Program-made: the position numbers and the translations under genes
The notes under the pieces: generated by a model
What the model saw: the letters and a program-made list of their open reading frames with translations, nothing else
What the model was told of the DNA's origin: nothing
The model's database searches: none
NCBI RefSeq assembly: GCF_001194135.2
Contig: NC_068982.1
Span: forward strand, 122,912,007 to 122,976,006
DNA: 64,000 bases
Origin: Octopus bimaculoides
Taxonomy: Eukaryota
Direction of reading: 5' to 3'
Shown: positions 48,666 to 63,786 of the stretch, in pieces
Position numbering within the stretch: position 1 is the first letter of the stretch
Layout of the letters: the number at the start of each line of letters is the position of its first letter

Positions 48666-51600
48666 TCCAATTTTAAAATAAGGAATAAAGAAATTATTAA
48701 CACCGTGTTTTTATTGGTTCTTTTAATGTTAATATGTCCTAACATTGAGTAGGATTTTCTTTTAAGTATTATTTTATTAAAAACACATCAAAATAATTTA
48801 ATATGGTAATTTAGATTAGTAAAAAATGACCTCACTTAACTACAATTTTGCTATTGCATTCCAAAGTATTTCGTATGTGTGTGTGTGTACATTCATACAT
48901 ACACACACACATACACATAGAACAGATAAGAGATGAGAGAATAAGTGTTTATTCCATCCGTTTACAACTTTTTTATAATCATATTAGATATATAGATATT
49001 ACATCACCATTACACGTATATAGATATATATATATATGCATAGCCAAATGCATAAACTAGATGGAATTTACAATAGTATTTTTGTAACAACTGAAAGTTA
49101 TTTCTTTGAGAAGGGGTGTGTCTATGCATGTGCGTGTACACACACACACACACTTCTTAAAGTTATTACTACTTTTCAACTGTTACAAAAATATTATTGT
49201 AAATTCTTTCCAGTTAATGTATATGCCACTGAAAAACTTAATTGCTGATTTACATTCAATATCAGAATCCCAAAGCCTTTAATACTATATGTAATATTAC
49301 CTTATATACTATATTATATTACCTCATCAGATAGACAAGATTTGAACTAAATATTCAAAAAGTCCTAATTCTGAAACAAGACCAGAAAGTTTGGGGGGAG
49401 GTGTTTAGTCAATTACACTGACCCCCAGTGCTCAACAGGAATTTTTTGTCAACCCCAAAAGGACAAAAGGCAAAGTCAACCTCACCATATTAAATTAATA
49501 TTAAATGCTGGTATGCATTTGCACAAATAAATTCTAATTATATGTTGGTGTGCTCCAAGCCTTGAAAAGTAAAATAAGGGACTATTTTGTAAACATGGAA
49601 ATTAAATCTGCCCGTTAACTTTCATTGCTCCTCAAAAAGTCATTGAAAAATATTGAAATATTTTTAATTTAAGAACATTGGAGCTAACATTTGTTAACAA
49701 GTTTGAAACTTGAAAACATTTAACAAGTTTGAAGTTAGAAAATTTAGCTTTTTTACCACATCAGGATGTATATGTACTAGTGGTCTTACTGGGACAAAAA
49801 AAAAAAAAAGACATCATATTGATTAGTTACCTATCACAGAAATTGTTTTCCTTCTTTTAAAGAAGATAAGAAGTTTTAGAGGATTCAAATGAGTATAAAA
49901 AAAACTGATTATGAAAACTAGTAATGCCAGCACTGATGGTTATGAAAGTGATAATGATTATGCTTGCGTCAATATTTTCAAACATAAAGTAGTATAAATA
50001 AATTCAATCATCAAATTGTATAATTTTTCTATAGATTAGAGTTATTTGAATATCGTTATTTCAGGTAAAATAAATTGCTTCTATATACTGACTAGACATG
50101 ACGTTGCTTACAATTGTCTTTATGCATTTTCCTTTCCTCTTATACCTATTTCAATCACTTCTCAAACCCCATACTAAACACTTCAACCAACCCTTCCTTC
50201 TCAAAACCACAACCCTCTGGAATTCAATCACTATTCATGCCTTTTCTTTAACCTTCATTCTACTTAAGTTCAAGCTGAATGTTAACTTCCTCCCTATCCC
50301 CTTGGGATTTCTTTTTTATTAATAAAATTTCCAGAAAATAATCAAGGTAACCTGTACACAATATCAACATTGGGTTTATATTATTCCATGCGTGTACATT
50401 TATGAAGAAAATGATAATACATACATTTTCAATATTTTTCAATATATCTAGACACAAATCAAAATACACAATGTTGTGTGTGAATAACAGGTATCAAACT
50501 AAAGTATTACAGTTTAGACACAGCCAACAAGTTCTTTTTATTAAATAGCTATTATTTCAGTTATTTCTTACCTACATTAAAACAACTATAAAGAAAAGTG
50601 CACAAATATCCTTGAAAGAATAAAGAATAGTGATATTTGCAGGAAAACATACAACGTACATTAAATAGTATTCACATCTCTTATGATAATTACTTAAAAC
50701 TGTATTTTTAATTTATATTTTGCTCATTTGAGTTTACTATTTTTTGTATTCAATTTAGACACTTGAGAAGTAACTAAAAGGATTAATGTAGCACCTACAA
50801 TATACAGCAGTTTCAATTAATTACCGGAAGTAATTATTATGCTATCATATAGCTAAAATACAACAGGATTTATTAATCAACAAACATCAAATATTGCTAA
50901 TATTTGATTCTTCAATACACCATAGAATACATTTTTATGTAAATCAAATTGCTGAATTATTTCCCTAGATACAAAGGATTTTTATTTTAATTCAGTACAT
51001 TGAACTCACAGAAAGAGACAATTAAGCAAGCCCTTTGGGACTAACCTATTTGGTGACAGATGTTTCAGTACTAAGAGATAACATATTTGATTAATGTCAT
51101 TATTCAAAGATACAAATATCAAGTGATATGAAACAATAATTTACCTTATATATTGAAAATGTAGCTTTGTATGTAAAGTTTTATGGAGTTTTTCATTTGG
51201 TAATTACAAGCAAGGGAGGTAGTGACAAGTGACCAAGGCCTTTGGCAATATACCATGCTTAAGAAGACCTGTCAAGTGAGATAATAGTCACAGCTAATAC
51301 CAGTGTCTCATACCTGGCACGTAAAAGCACCCACTACATTCTTGGAGTGTTTGGTGTTAGGAAGAGCATCCAGAAACCATGCCAAATCAGATTGGGACCT
51401 AGTGCAACTCCCCAGCTTACCAGTTTTCGATCAAACCATCCAACCCATGCCAGCATGGAAAACGGATGTTAAATGATGATGTAGATAATAATGATGTTCC
51501 TCGGGTACTTGACTGCATCCTATTTTCATAACCAAGAACAATTTTATGTATTCTTTTATTGTATCAGTTTTATATATTCTTGTATTTTTTGATAATTCCT

Positions 51601-53872
51601 GCAGTGGTTCATGCTCAACTAATAAACATAATATGCATCTATTTTTCTGTATTGTACACAGCCCATCTATTAATTTCTATGTGGTGAAATATTGTATGCT
51701 AAAGTCACATTGTAACTGACAATAGGGCTACCTCTAAATGATTCTGTGGTTTTCTATGTTTGAAGAGAAATAAGCCATTCATTTTCCATTTCTATGTCTG
51801 TTTTCACAACCAGTACATGTATGTATCTACAATCCAGCTGAGTAAACATTGAAGTTTTTACATCAACTCAGTTGTTAAAGCAGTAAAATAATGGTCAAGC
51901 TTGCTCAGAAGGTACAAAGGCAAGGGCAATAATCCTATTTGCTCTCTTCATTATGAACAGAGTATTTAGTTAAAAATACAACATATGTGACAGTGCTTAT
52001 GCAATAAATATAACTAATACAATAATTAGCTTCAAACACAAAGTTTAGTAATTGAATAGTTTGACTATAACAATTCTTGAATTTAAAAATTATCCAGAAT
52101 GAAAAGCAGTTCTCCATATGAAAAATTTCTTAGTAGTAAACATCAATCACTAAATGATTTTTCACTCAACTAGCAGCACGAAAATGTACTGGACTCTTGA
52201 AATCAATGCTAATTTGAATCAATAAGAAAAAAAACAATGTAATTACAAAATAAGGCTTGCTAGAGTTTTGAATATAAAAATCTTGATTGCCATAGTCAGA
52301 ATTTTGAAAGTTTTAATGGTTAGAATGAACTTAGTTTTTATTTCTAATCATTTCAAATTTAAGCCTAAGGCCAGCAATTATGAAGGAAGGTGGAGATCAG
52401 TAGGTACTATCAATTCCAGTACTTGATTGGTACTTTATTTTATCAACTCTAAAAGGATGAAAAACAAAGCTGACCATGGTAGGACTTAGACTCTAAATGT
52501 AAAGTCATTTTGTCCTATGCCCTAACAAATCTGTCAACCCACTGTACTAGTTCTGATGTATAATGAAACCTGAATGTTACAGATCATAGAAATCTTTGAG
52601 AACTATTAGATTAGAAATGTTAGTATTAGCAACAAGAATTCAATAATTCATTAGGGGTTAATAGATCGTATTGATTTCAGTTTTAAAAAATTTGTTAATA
52701 AACAGCAGTAAATAAAATGAAAACTTTCAATGTTCATAACAAAAATGCTCCAGAAACAGTTTGTACTAAGAACTGCATCAATTCTAGCATTCTGAAGTAT
52801 ATTAATGGAATAAATATGCAGTTCAATAATCTATTATGGAAACCTTTTTTTTTTAAATCAAAAGAAACACTCTATATCTTATTCAATTAAGCAATAGATT
52901 AATTATATATGAAATTGTTAGAATATGTGTAATGACTGTTTACAGGGAAGTAAAGAAGAGAAAATGAGTAATATAAAGTGGATAAATAAATGAAACATTA
53001 TAGGTAAAGTAAAATATAGTTAGAATTAGAGATTTCCCTTCTGTGAAAGCTGTTATATTTTTCATATCCACAGTGATTTTTATAATCACAGTAAATTAGT
53101 ATCTTCTCCATAAAAAATAAGGAGAAATAAAATGAAATTATTTGAGTGAAAATCTCATCAGAAGAAAAACAGTGACAGTGGGGAAGGGGAGAGGGGGAGA
53201 GGGGGGAGAGAGAGAGAGAGAGAGAGAAAGAAAGAGAGAGAGAGACTGGGTTATTTTTTTCTTTCTAGCACCAAAAATGTCTAGTCATTTGTATTGAGAT
53301 GTGTATATGAGTTCCTTCACACTTGGATTTTTCAACTTTAAAATAAATCAAACTATACAAATAGAGCAAATGGTATATTAAAATCTATGTAACCCACAAA
53401 GGAGCTGAAGGTTTATACTCAAGACTCATTAATAGTGTTAAACATAATATTTTAAAGAGCATATTTCACAATGATACAAATATTTTCTTTATAGGATTGT
53501 ATATAACATAAAGGAAAAACAATTTCTCTACTGCTGGTATCACAAATAAACAAATCTGATCTACTCCATGAAAGAAAAATCAACACCACCATCAAATGAG
53601 CTGGCAACAAGAAGACTTACTTCCTTTCTTTCTCTCTCTCTCTCTCTCTCTGATAGGACAACTATACAAAATGTTATTAATAAATGTAATGCTCTATGAT
53701 AATAAAACTAAGGTAATAGATGCAGAAGACATACAACAATTAGCAATCCATTGGCAGTACAATATCATTATGATGGTCAAATGTTAATATTTGTAGAACT
53801 TTTACAGAACAAGTACTTAAAATAAGAATGGCTGGATAATTGGCTTGCAAAGACAATATTTAATAATGCAGT

Positions 53873-54124
53873 CATCATCATCGTTTAACGTCCGCTTTCC
53901 ATGCTAGCATGGGTTGGACGATTTGACTGAGGACTGGTGAAACCAGATGGCAACACCAGGCTCCAATCTAAATTTGGCAGAGTTTCTACAGCTGGATGCC
54001 CTTCCTAACGCCAACCACTTAGAGAGTGTAGTAGGTGCTTTTACGTGTCACCTGCACGAAGGCCAGTCAGGCGATACTGGCAACGGCCACGCTCGAAATG
54101 GTGTCTTTTATGTGCCACCCGCAC
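53873..54124 (-). mobile_element. Well-preserved reverse copy of the (GAT)n-tailed repeat in the large SCaMC intron
   Basis: CATCATCATCGTTTAACGTCCGCTTTCCATGC...CTGGATGCCCTTCCTAACGCCAACCAC. Confidence 0.8.
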
Positions 54125-57100
54125 GAAGAACAATAATTAATGTAATTGTTTTTGATGTGGAAGAGAAGAAATTGTTCAGTGTCATATAAAAATATTACTC
54201 TCGCTAACTTTGTTTGACCTTCATTGCAAAATCTATCAGAGAATTACAAACATTAAAAATCTAGAAGAGACTTGAGTAAAAAGAGAGAAAAAAAAACCTT
54301 GCAAAGAGGACAAGTTATAGTTAGTAGTAGTTACAATAGTATAAGAGAAATGACCTTGATCTGTAAGTAAGCATTAAAGCAGACTCAGTTGTGTGTAGTC
54401 AGTACAAACAGTGGATAAATAAGAAAGTGAACTGAAACTTATACCAAACTGACATTGAATCCTAGCTACAATGCAATCACTAGCTTTATTACCTAATTTG
54501 TGCTACTTATCTCTAGTTACTAATTGTGCAGAACTTAACTCTAGTGAAAAAAGTCATGAACTACTGAGATGGTTCACTAAATGTAGGTATGTTCTATTAT
54601 TTAGCTGGCTCAAATAGCTAATGATTGTATTGTGGCTGGGTTCAAGAGAGAAGGAAGAAATTTTGAGAAGTACTACATCTACAGGAGACAGTAGATGCAG
54701 CAATTCTCTAAATTATGTGCGAAGTATGATACAGTTTGGCAATAAAGAAGAGTCATAGATGTAAATAATGTGCTGTGATTAGAGAGGAAATAAATGAATG
54801 TAGGCCAATGGATACATATAGCTAACTTATAAGAAAAGTTAAGCTTAAATGATAAAGTACCAAAGACACTGGGCTAGCATATGCAGGAAAAATATTTTAC
54901 ATGCAATTTGAATGATGTAGGCAGAAGAAATTCACTGGACATACTCAGTGGAAGTAAACTAAAAAAGACATCAGAAGAAGTAGTAACATCAAAGCTAAGA
55001 TGAGATGACACAGAATTAAGATATATGACAAGATACTGTATAGCCAATCCTCCAACCTTTAACAACAAAGCAAAGCAAATGTTAAAATCATGATGATGTT
55101 TGATAATATCATGAAAGTGAACATTATTGCAACATTTATCAAAATACATAACTGAATGAATGAAATGACTGAATACTACTATCAAATTAAATACAGAACA
55201 AGATCCACAGCCAAGAAAATCTCCAAAGACAGAAATATTACAGGGAGTAACTAAACCAATCATTTTGTGAGATATTGCTTCTATCAAATATTCAAAACTA
55301 AAGACTTAGTTTGGCAAAGACAGGATTTCTTTAAGATATCAACTTGCACAAGATTGCCTCAAGTTCTGTGATATAAATTCTAAAATTTTTAAGTGTTCAT
55401 ACTGAAATTTACATGCTCCATCAAATTCTATGTAAGAACATAGGTTCCAAACACCAGCTGAATAATGAAAGTCAATTACTTAACTAAACTATGTTAAATT
55501 TTTAATTATTTTCAAAGTTAACAAACACACAGGGAGTACATTTTATTAAGAATTCAATCAGAACAGTCAGAAAGGATTAATAATTTTAAAAAGATATGTT
55601 GTAAACATAAAATTTGGGAAATTATTTTGCTTTGTTCAAAGGCTAATAATTAACTATATGTATTAAATTAAATACCGTAAGTTCAGTGCAAATATAGATC
55701 AGATAAACAAATTCAACCAATATTTTATAAAAATTCTTAGGATGTACAGAGCTTCAAATTTGAAAAACAATAAAAAACAAAATACTCCTAGTCAAATCAA
55801 GTTTATTGTAATTTAGTAATATTTTGCAAAATGACATTAAGTAGGAAAATATTTCTCCAGTAACTATTAATCTAGATGCTTGCATTAAACATTCCCTGGA
55901 ATATTTTTCCATGCTGGTCCTTATCTTTGCTTTAGTTACTGTATAATATTTTTTAAAAAACCCCAAAATTTAATCAAAATAAACATTCAAACACAGAGAA
56001 ACTTAATAAATTTCTATAACCAGTGAAAATGCCCCCTAAGATAGTGTTTTAAAGAAAACCGAAGAAACTTAAGCATCTTACACAGTTTAGCAATATGGAA
56101 CAGCCATTCAGCAGAACAAAAACACAAGATGAAATAAAGTAAATTTCAAGTCCCACCCCTTTATAAATAAGCCTATAATGATAACTACTGAATTCAACTA
56201 TTATATTTTAAAAAGCTTTATGCACAATATAGGCTGGAAACAAAGAAATTCTGAAAGATCACAGAAAACAGTCCTATTTTTATCATAACCAAATTCAAAT
56301 TTATACTAGTATTTGGAAACAAAAGTAACTTTCTGTGTTTACTATTCATTATGGTTTTCATATAAAATCTAAGTAGAGTATTTTACAGCAGTAAAATCTC
56401 AAGTGATTCAAATTCAAATAAATCCTTGTTACACCTTACTGTGTGTTTCTCAAGAAGCAGGCCACATGAGACACAGGTGATCATCAGGTGGACTAAACTT
56501 CTAAAAAAATTTCAAGGTAATGTTTTGTTAGGCATGTCATTCAGAAAGTCCTGTAAGCCATAGTTTGCTCATGACTGTTCTAAATTATAAACGAAATGAA
56601 CAGATTTTCACAAAATTAGTAAATTCTTGTTGACACAGTTATGCTTAATCTAAGAAAACGTTTTGTTTTCTTCAAATATTATTAACTCACCATCTCTCTT
56701 TATTCAATATAAGACTTCAGTTGAAGTCACAAATCATTTCAAAACTGTATATTATGTACATAATGTTTGTATTTCTACTTGTAGTAAAAGAAAAAGTAAA
56801 AAAAGTAATTTAACTAAACAGTCTTGTCTTCAGATCACATCTGAAAGTTTATTTTAGCCTTCCATTAAAAAAAAACAAGATAAATGATAGAAATTCAGTT
56901 CTACTACTACCATAGACCCCAACTCCCCAAAAAGCTGCTAATCTTTATCATCAGGAATGTTTGTAAGAATATTCCTCCCTTTTCTAATAATAAAATATTG
57001 AAAATAGACAAAAAAAAAAGATGAACAATTTGAAAGGAATTAGGGGGAAAAAAATCATTATAAGATAATTTTATTTTCAGTTACATACTTATAGTCTCTA

Positions 57101-57226
57101 ATAAAATAATCATATAGCTGGCAATGAATTACATTAAATAAATGTTGGATATAATGTATAATTGTAGCATTTAATGAAACAAATACATGTTTGGATCAAA
57201 ACAGACAGGGAAAAAACGGTAAGCTA

Positions 57227-57550
<324 letters not shown>

Positions 57551-57726
57551 TTATTCAATTAAAAGACAGAGTAAAAATGAAAAAAAAAATTGAAGCAACA
57601 GTGAATGAATGAGTGAGTATGAATGTGCTAGAACAACAGGGATATTTTACTTTAGAAGTATTAAAAAAAAATGTACCAAAGAAAACACTAAGGAATACTG
57701 AAATACACTTTCAAGATGGTTATTAC

Positions 57727-57885
57727 CTGTTGAAGAACTTTTAGTCTGTCAAGGGGTGCAGTACACGTTCTTGAAACAGCTCCAGCAGTGCCTCCTGCAA
57801 CGAGGTAACGCCACCACATGCCTGACTGTAGCTCTTTTTCTGTAAAGTCATCTGGTACAATGACATTTTCTCCAATGTCGATTAC
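57727..57885 (-). CDS. SCaMC: SCaMC exon: linker plus helix 1 ([53 protein letters not shown])
   Basis: TCCAG|GTA ... CAG|GTAATA, 159 nt, phase 0-0. First carrier signature PLDRLK. Confidence 0.96.
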
Positions 57886-58873
57886 CTGGATAAAGAGTGA
57901 TGGACAGTATTCAAAAATGTTCAAAGGGTCAATTTTGGCAAAGAGCATGTGTTGAGGGGCAAGAAAAAGCGTTAGCATACTTCAACTTGACCAAATAGCA
58001 CTGTTTAGTGGAATTATAAAAAAGAAAGGTACATAAAACAATCAGGTAGTAACAGAGAGTGATAGCACATCAGCTGTAAAAACTGAAGGCCTGTAGCTGG
58101 TAAAATAGTATGTCCTATATACTACATATGCTATCTTCTCACATGCTTATATGTGAATGAGATTTTGAAGATAACACAGAATTAGATATGACTAACAGTT
58201 CACGTCATGAAACATGTAATGGAATACTTTAACAATAGTTATATCATTGGCTTATTGCACAACCATTAAAAAAAAAATTTTTTTTTTAAGGATTATATAT
58301 ACAGATAAAAGATGAATAAATTGAATATTTACAAAAATACAGTATTTTATGAAATTACAACTTAAATTTTCTGTGTAGCAAAACAAGAGAATTGAACTGG
58401 CAGACATTATCTAACTTCATTTAAGAAGTTTCAAAGTCTGTTTCTTAAATGTCAGTAAGTTATCTGTCTAGAAAACTCTCCTTTTCCCCTCATCACACAT
58501 ATTTTTCAATTTATTCCAATTAATAAAACTGCTTTAGAAAGCAGATAACATTCTAAGTGTCCCCTCATTTTAAGCGTCACATGTATTTAGGGGAATACAA
58601 TATTAATGATGGCACTGTCACAATTATCAGATGAGATTTATTACTTTTGATCAGAATTTAAAATAGCAGGCATAATTAACAAGTTTTCTAACACGTGTAT
58701 TAATTACTAAAATAAAAATAGTGAAATAGTTAAGGAGATAAAATAGTGAACAGCAAGCACCAATGCCACTGAGTGCTTATCTTCTGCAAGTTTATCCATA
58801 NNNNNNNNNNNNNNNNNNNNNNNNNNNNNNNNNNNNNNNNNNNNNNNNNNNNNNNNNNNNNNNNNNNNNNNNN

Positions 58874-58906
<33 letters not shown>

Positions 58907-59764
58907 TGGGTATGGTAGATGAGTTCAGCAAAAATTTAGATTCAGATGAACATGGTACACACAAAAACTATCTTCCCTGTTACCCTTCCTTTGATACTGC
59001 TGCACCTCTTATGTGTCCATAGCTTACACTGGGTGATGTAGTTTCTACCTATACCTTTTCTACAGATCGAGTAAGGCCATCTACCTGAATATATCTTAGG
59101 TCCTGGTAGGATTATAATGGTAGAGTATTTACCAAGACGCACTCAACCTGAGTTCTGGGCTATCAACACTGTCGAATTCCAAACAAATACCAAAATTATC
59201 AAAGTGTAGAAAACAACAGTTTTATTGTCATGAAATATCATCATCATATTTTTAATATTATTATTACTACTATTATGACGACGACATTGGTTATTGAAAT
59301 ACTGGGGACAGCATATTTGGTGTCATATCCAGAGACATATTTATCTCAAACGCTATTAAGACTGGTACTAAACAACAGCTTTAAAATCTCTGTTCTTCAA
59401 CGTCAGTGATGATATTGTTATCATAAGAAAAAAAGTTAACACCTAAAGTGTTGCAACTCTCCTGGTTGTTCTCTTTTAAGCTTAGACAAAAGAATATTTT
59501 ATTGCTATGGCAGTGGAATGTCAAACTAAATACCTAATATTTACATCCCTCAATATATTTGGTTCAGATTGGATTAAAACTGACTGTATCTGTCATCACC
59601 TCAAGGTCAATAAAGACAAGTAAAACATTGGGGTTAATTCAGATGAATATATTCATCCTTAGAAATGTATCATTTAAAAAAAACCACTACTACTACTACT
59701 ACTACTATTAAAAGTTATTAAAATAACAAACTATTATATATACACCTTATATAATAGACTAAAA

Positions 59765-60300
59765 AAGCATCAGACAAAATGCATTGCAGTATTTTTTCTG
59801 GTTCTTTATATTCTGAGTTCAAATCCCATTGAGGTCAACTCCACCTTTCATCCTTCTGGGGCCAATAAAATCAAGTACACATCAAAATACTGGGGCTGAT
59901 AGTGTCAACTATGCATCCCCTCAAAATGGTTATTGACATTTTGTTCATCTTTACATTCTGAATTGAAATTCCACCAAGGATGACTTTGCCTTTCATAATT
60001 TCGGGGTTGATAAAATAAGTACCAGAAAAACACTGGAGTCGATATAATCGACTTACCCCTCTCCTGAAACTACTGGCCTTGTGCCAAAATTTGAAACCAT
60101 TATATAATGGACAGTGGAATAGTTAATGTTGAACAAAATATTTCACAGTATTTAATAACAATCATTTACATTCTAAGTTCTAATACTACTAAGGTTAAAT
60201 TTACCTTTTGTTCTTGGAAGGGGTAAAATAAAATACCAGTCAAGTGCTAAAATTGATATAATTAATTGTTCCATCCCAACCCAAATTTGTGGCCTTATGT
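59765..60300 (+). mobile_element. Three degraded copies of the 200-bp SINE family in a SCaMC intron
   Basis: TTCTGAGTTCAAAT...CCTTTCAT...AAGTACCAG motifs repeated three times. Confidence 0.65.
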
Positions 60301-61029
60301 ATTTTTAAGAAATTATAATTATTATTACCAACACTATTACAGTGAAAGGATGATCAGTTACAACCTGTTTTTGATCTTTCCTCAGTAAAGACATCAGACA
60401 CCATGTTATGACATTCATCTAACATATGAGAATGGTGAAACATTTACTTTTTTTTTTACCAAATTTGAGCTAATAATTGATCATTTGTTTCTTTGGATTA
60501 ATGTCAATATGTTCTAGAAGCACATGGGTCTTCATCATTATCATTGTCACTATTCCATGTGACTTAACAGTGTTATCTTAAAAGGTAGGTTGTTTCTAAA
60601 TTAAATTCAATGTACTATCATGAGGGGGGCAATCTAAAATAGATCAAACAGAAATCTCATGAGGAAAAGCTGAGTCACACTTCAATGAAAAGATATCCAG
60701 AATTATTATCTTATTTTACTATTTATAGATATGCATTTACTATTTTTAAAATATTAAGTGAATTATATAAAAATGTCAGCATGGAAAACAGATGTTAAAG
60801 GATGATGATGAATGTATAGCTATTGGTGCTTTATTTCTTTTAAACGGATGATTTATTGCAGAAAAATAATCCATACAAAAAATTATATTTTGTTGTAAAA
60901 TGCCTTTGTTAGAAATAATATGAATTACAGAACCGCTAGAGATTCACTTGAAAATCTGCCTCAACTTTCAGATTGCAGATAACCTATTTGTAAATACCTT
61001 CTCTCAGTGTTCGGAGGGCCAAAACTCCC

Positions 61030-61227
61030 TTAAACTCTTCAGCTTTTAAACTGGCCATATCCAGCCCAAATATTCTGTTTCATGTCCAAACTGGCCAGAT
61101 CCAGCCTCTAACACCTAATTCTAAAAATAAACGACCACATCACTGAAATCTCAAAGCTACAAGATAATGTATGATTAATTCAAACCAATGTGAATAGATA
61201 AGCAATACATTTAAACAGAAAGATTAA
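61030..61227. mobile_element. Degenerate piggyBac-like MITE
   Basis: TTAA at both ends, decayed termini (TTAA-ACTCTT ... AAAGA-TTAA), and an internal AAACTGGCCA(T/G)ATCCAGCC motif present twice. Confidence 0.5.
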
Positions 61228-62275
61228 ACAAACAGGCAACCATTGGGGTAGGTGTTGTTCTAGCTATTTGAACCCACTTGCCATGCTGGGGCACTGCTGT
61301 TGTCAGTTATATTTATCTCACCATATTATACTGAACTTGGGTCATGTGATTAAAAAGAATTTGCTTTGTAATAAGATTACCTCAGGTTCAATACCACTGC
61401 ACTGCAGCTTTTCTTCTATCATATCGTACCAGATTTCATTTACAAGAGTTTGATAAAAGACAAGGTGCAATGCAGTGATAAGCCCAAAAATATTTAATTA
61501 CGAAGCAAATTTCTTAACCATATGATAATGCCTACCCTCTGCTCATGATAATTTTTTTTTTTTTTACACAAAATTAATACTTTTATAAAATTCTATTTGA
61601 CTGGTCAATCCGTTTTACTTTAGTGAGCAGGAAAATCAATTTTACATATTTCACAACATCACAGACTTCATACCTTAATATTTTTGTTATGGGCTAAATG
61701 GTTTCAATATCAACAAAAACTGGGCGATATACCATACTTGAGAAGACCTGTCAAGCGAAGTGAGGTCATAGTTGTGGCTGATGCCAGTGTCACGTAACTG
61801 GCACCTGTGCTGATGGTACGTAAAAGGCACCCACTACACTCTTGGAGTGGTTGGCATTAGGAAGGGAATCCAGCCATAGAAACCATGCCAAATCAGATTG
61901 GAACCTGGGGAAGTTCCCCGATTTACCAGTTCTCAGTCAAACCATCTAACCCATGCTAACATGGAAAATGGACGTTAAATGATGACTGTTGGATTCACTT
62001 TTGTAATGGGCTACATTTAACACTAGCACACACACACACACACGCATACTCTCTCTCTCTCTCTCTCTTCATACATTCATATTTCTCTTGATAATTCTTG
62101 AATCAGGAAAATCAATTATCTTTCACTTGATACAAGAGACAGTTATGAAAATAAAGTTCCACAATACCAAAAGAATTAAACATGACATTTTAAATTTGCT
62201 TTATGGAGTGGGGGGGGGGGAGAAAGAAATCAAAGCTTTTCTATACATTATTCATGTAATAACAAAGTGACTCAC

Positions 62276-62387
62276 TGTAGAATGCCTCCAATAAGCAATA
62301 ATGTCGTGGATATTCTGGCTTGGATGAAGAAGGAGATATTCACGCCATTCGTCCCAATCAATTTTTAAAGTGCCATCCTTGTCCATT
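62276..62387 (-). CDS. SCaMC: Calcium-binding mitochondrial carrier (SCaMC; SLC25A23/24/25 family) exon encoding the last EF-hand ([37 protein letters not shown])
   Basis: Acceptor TTATTTCTTTAAG|A, donor ACA|GTGAGT, 112 nt, phase 2 to 0. EF-hand loop [12 protein letters not shown]. Confidence 0.93.
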
Positions 62388-63606
62388 CTTAAAGAAATAA
62401 GTAGAAAAGAAATATTGTAAAGCAATATTAATATATACCTGAAAACAAATGACAAATGCTGTTTAGATTAAAAAGAATATACATTTAGAACTTATTTGAA
62501 GTAGGTTGCTATCCCATTCGTCTATTTGCTTTATTTTTCATCACTGTCACTGTTTTAGGATCTATTTTTACCATCTGCAGGAGTCCAAAAAGAGTATGTC
62601 AGGTTGGATTTTTCTACAACTGGATGCCCTTTCTGATGCCAACCCCCACCAGTTTCCAAATAAGGGAATAATCTCCCAGTCTATAGAACAACAAACAGTC
62701 TAGACATGCTTACATGGAGATCAGGAAATAAATTACATCAAAATGAGCCTTTTGTTTACAAAGATTAGACATGTCAAGAAGCCTGCACATGCTTTCATAG
62801 TGGACTGCAAACAAATGACATTAGTGAAACCACTTTTACAAACCAGCAAGTAAAGCACATATGGAGATGAGGGAAATACACAATCACTCATACATATACA
62901 CATGATGAGTTCCTTTCAGTTTTGTCTATGAAAAACACTCACAGAACTTTGGTCAACCCAACATTTGTTCAAAGTGCAGGGAAACTGAACCTGAAACCAT
63001 GTGGTTGAGAAACAAACTTCTTTGGCATGGTTTCTTTGGCTTGATCCCCTTCCTAATGACAACCATTTTATAAGATGGACTGAATGCATATTTCATTGCA
63101 CCAACACTAGTGGGGTCACTGTGTAGCTTGGTGTGTTGGAAAGCCAAAATCTGAAGAAAGGAGCAAGAACAGGTTTCTTGCTGTATAGGAGATACATTGC
63201 TACTAGCATTACATGATAGTGGGCGGGAGTAATTCCAGCAGAGCTAGAAAGAGAGATAAAGATGGCAGTGACAAGGTGTCAGGGGAGCCCTCAAGGTATA
63301 AAAAGCTAAACAGAAGTGAGTGGAACAGGACAGGAAAAGTGGATGGGTAGAGGTTGCAAGAGTGTATGAGGAGAGAGAGTGAAGATTAGTAACAAGCAAA
63401 GATGGATGGGGAATGAATATGATGTATGGTGAACAAGGTTGATAATAAATATGAGTGGGAGGGAAAGTAGGAGAGAGTAGCTGATGGCAGAATAAGGTGA
63501 ATAATGGTGAATATGGGTGGAAGGGTGATTGATGGTATATGAGTTTGAGGGAAGGTACGAGAGGTGATTGTCAGTAAAGAAAGTGGAGAGACAGATGAAG
63601 TACACA

Positions 63607-63610
<4 letters not shown>

Positions 63611-63647
<37 letters not shown>

Positions 63648-63657
63648 AGAGAGAAAA

Positions 63658-63736
<79 letters not shown>

Positions 63737-63743
63737 AAGAGAA

Positions 63744-63786
<43 letters not shown>
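63611..63786. repeat. About 175-bp (GA)n tract with periodic GAAA interruptions
   Basis: Direct reading. Confidence 0.95.

Noticed and set aside
54874-55287. 137-aa minus-strand ORF in the SCaMC intron
   Set aside because: No recognisable domain or convincing splice sites; composition fits the antisense of a purine-rich decayed repeat.
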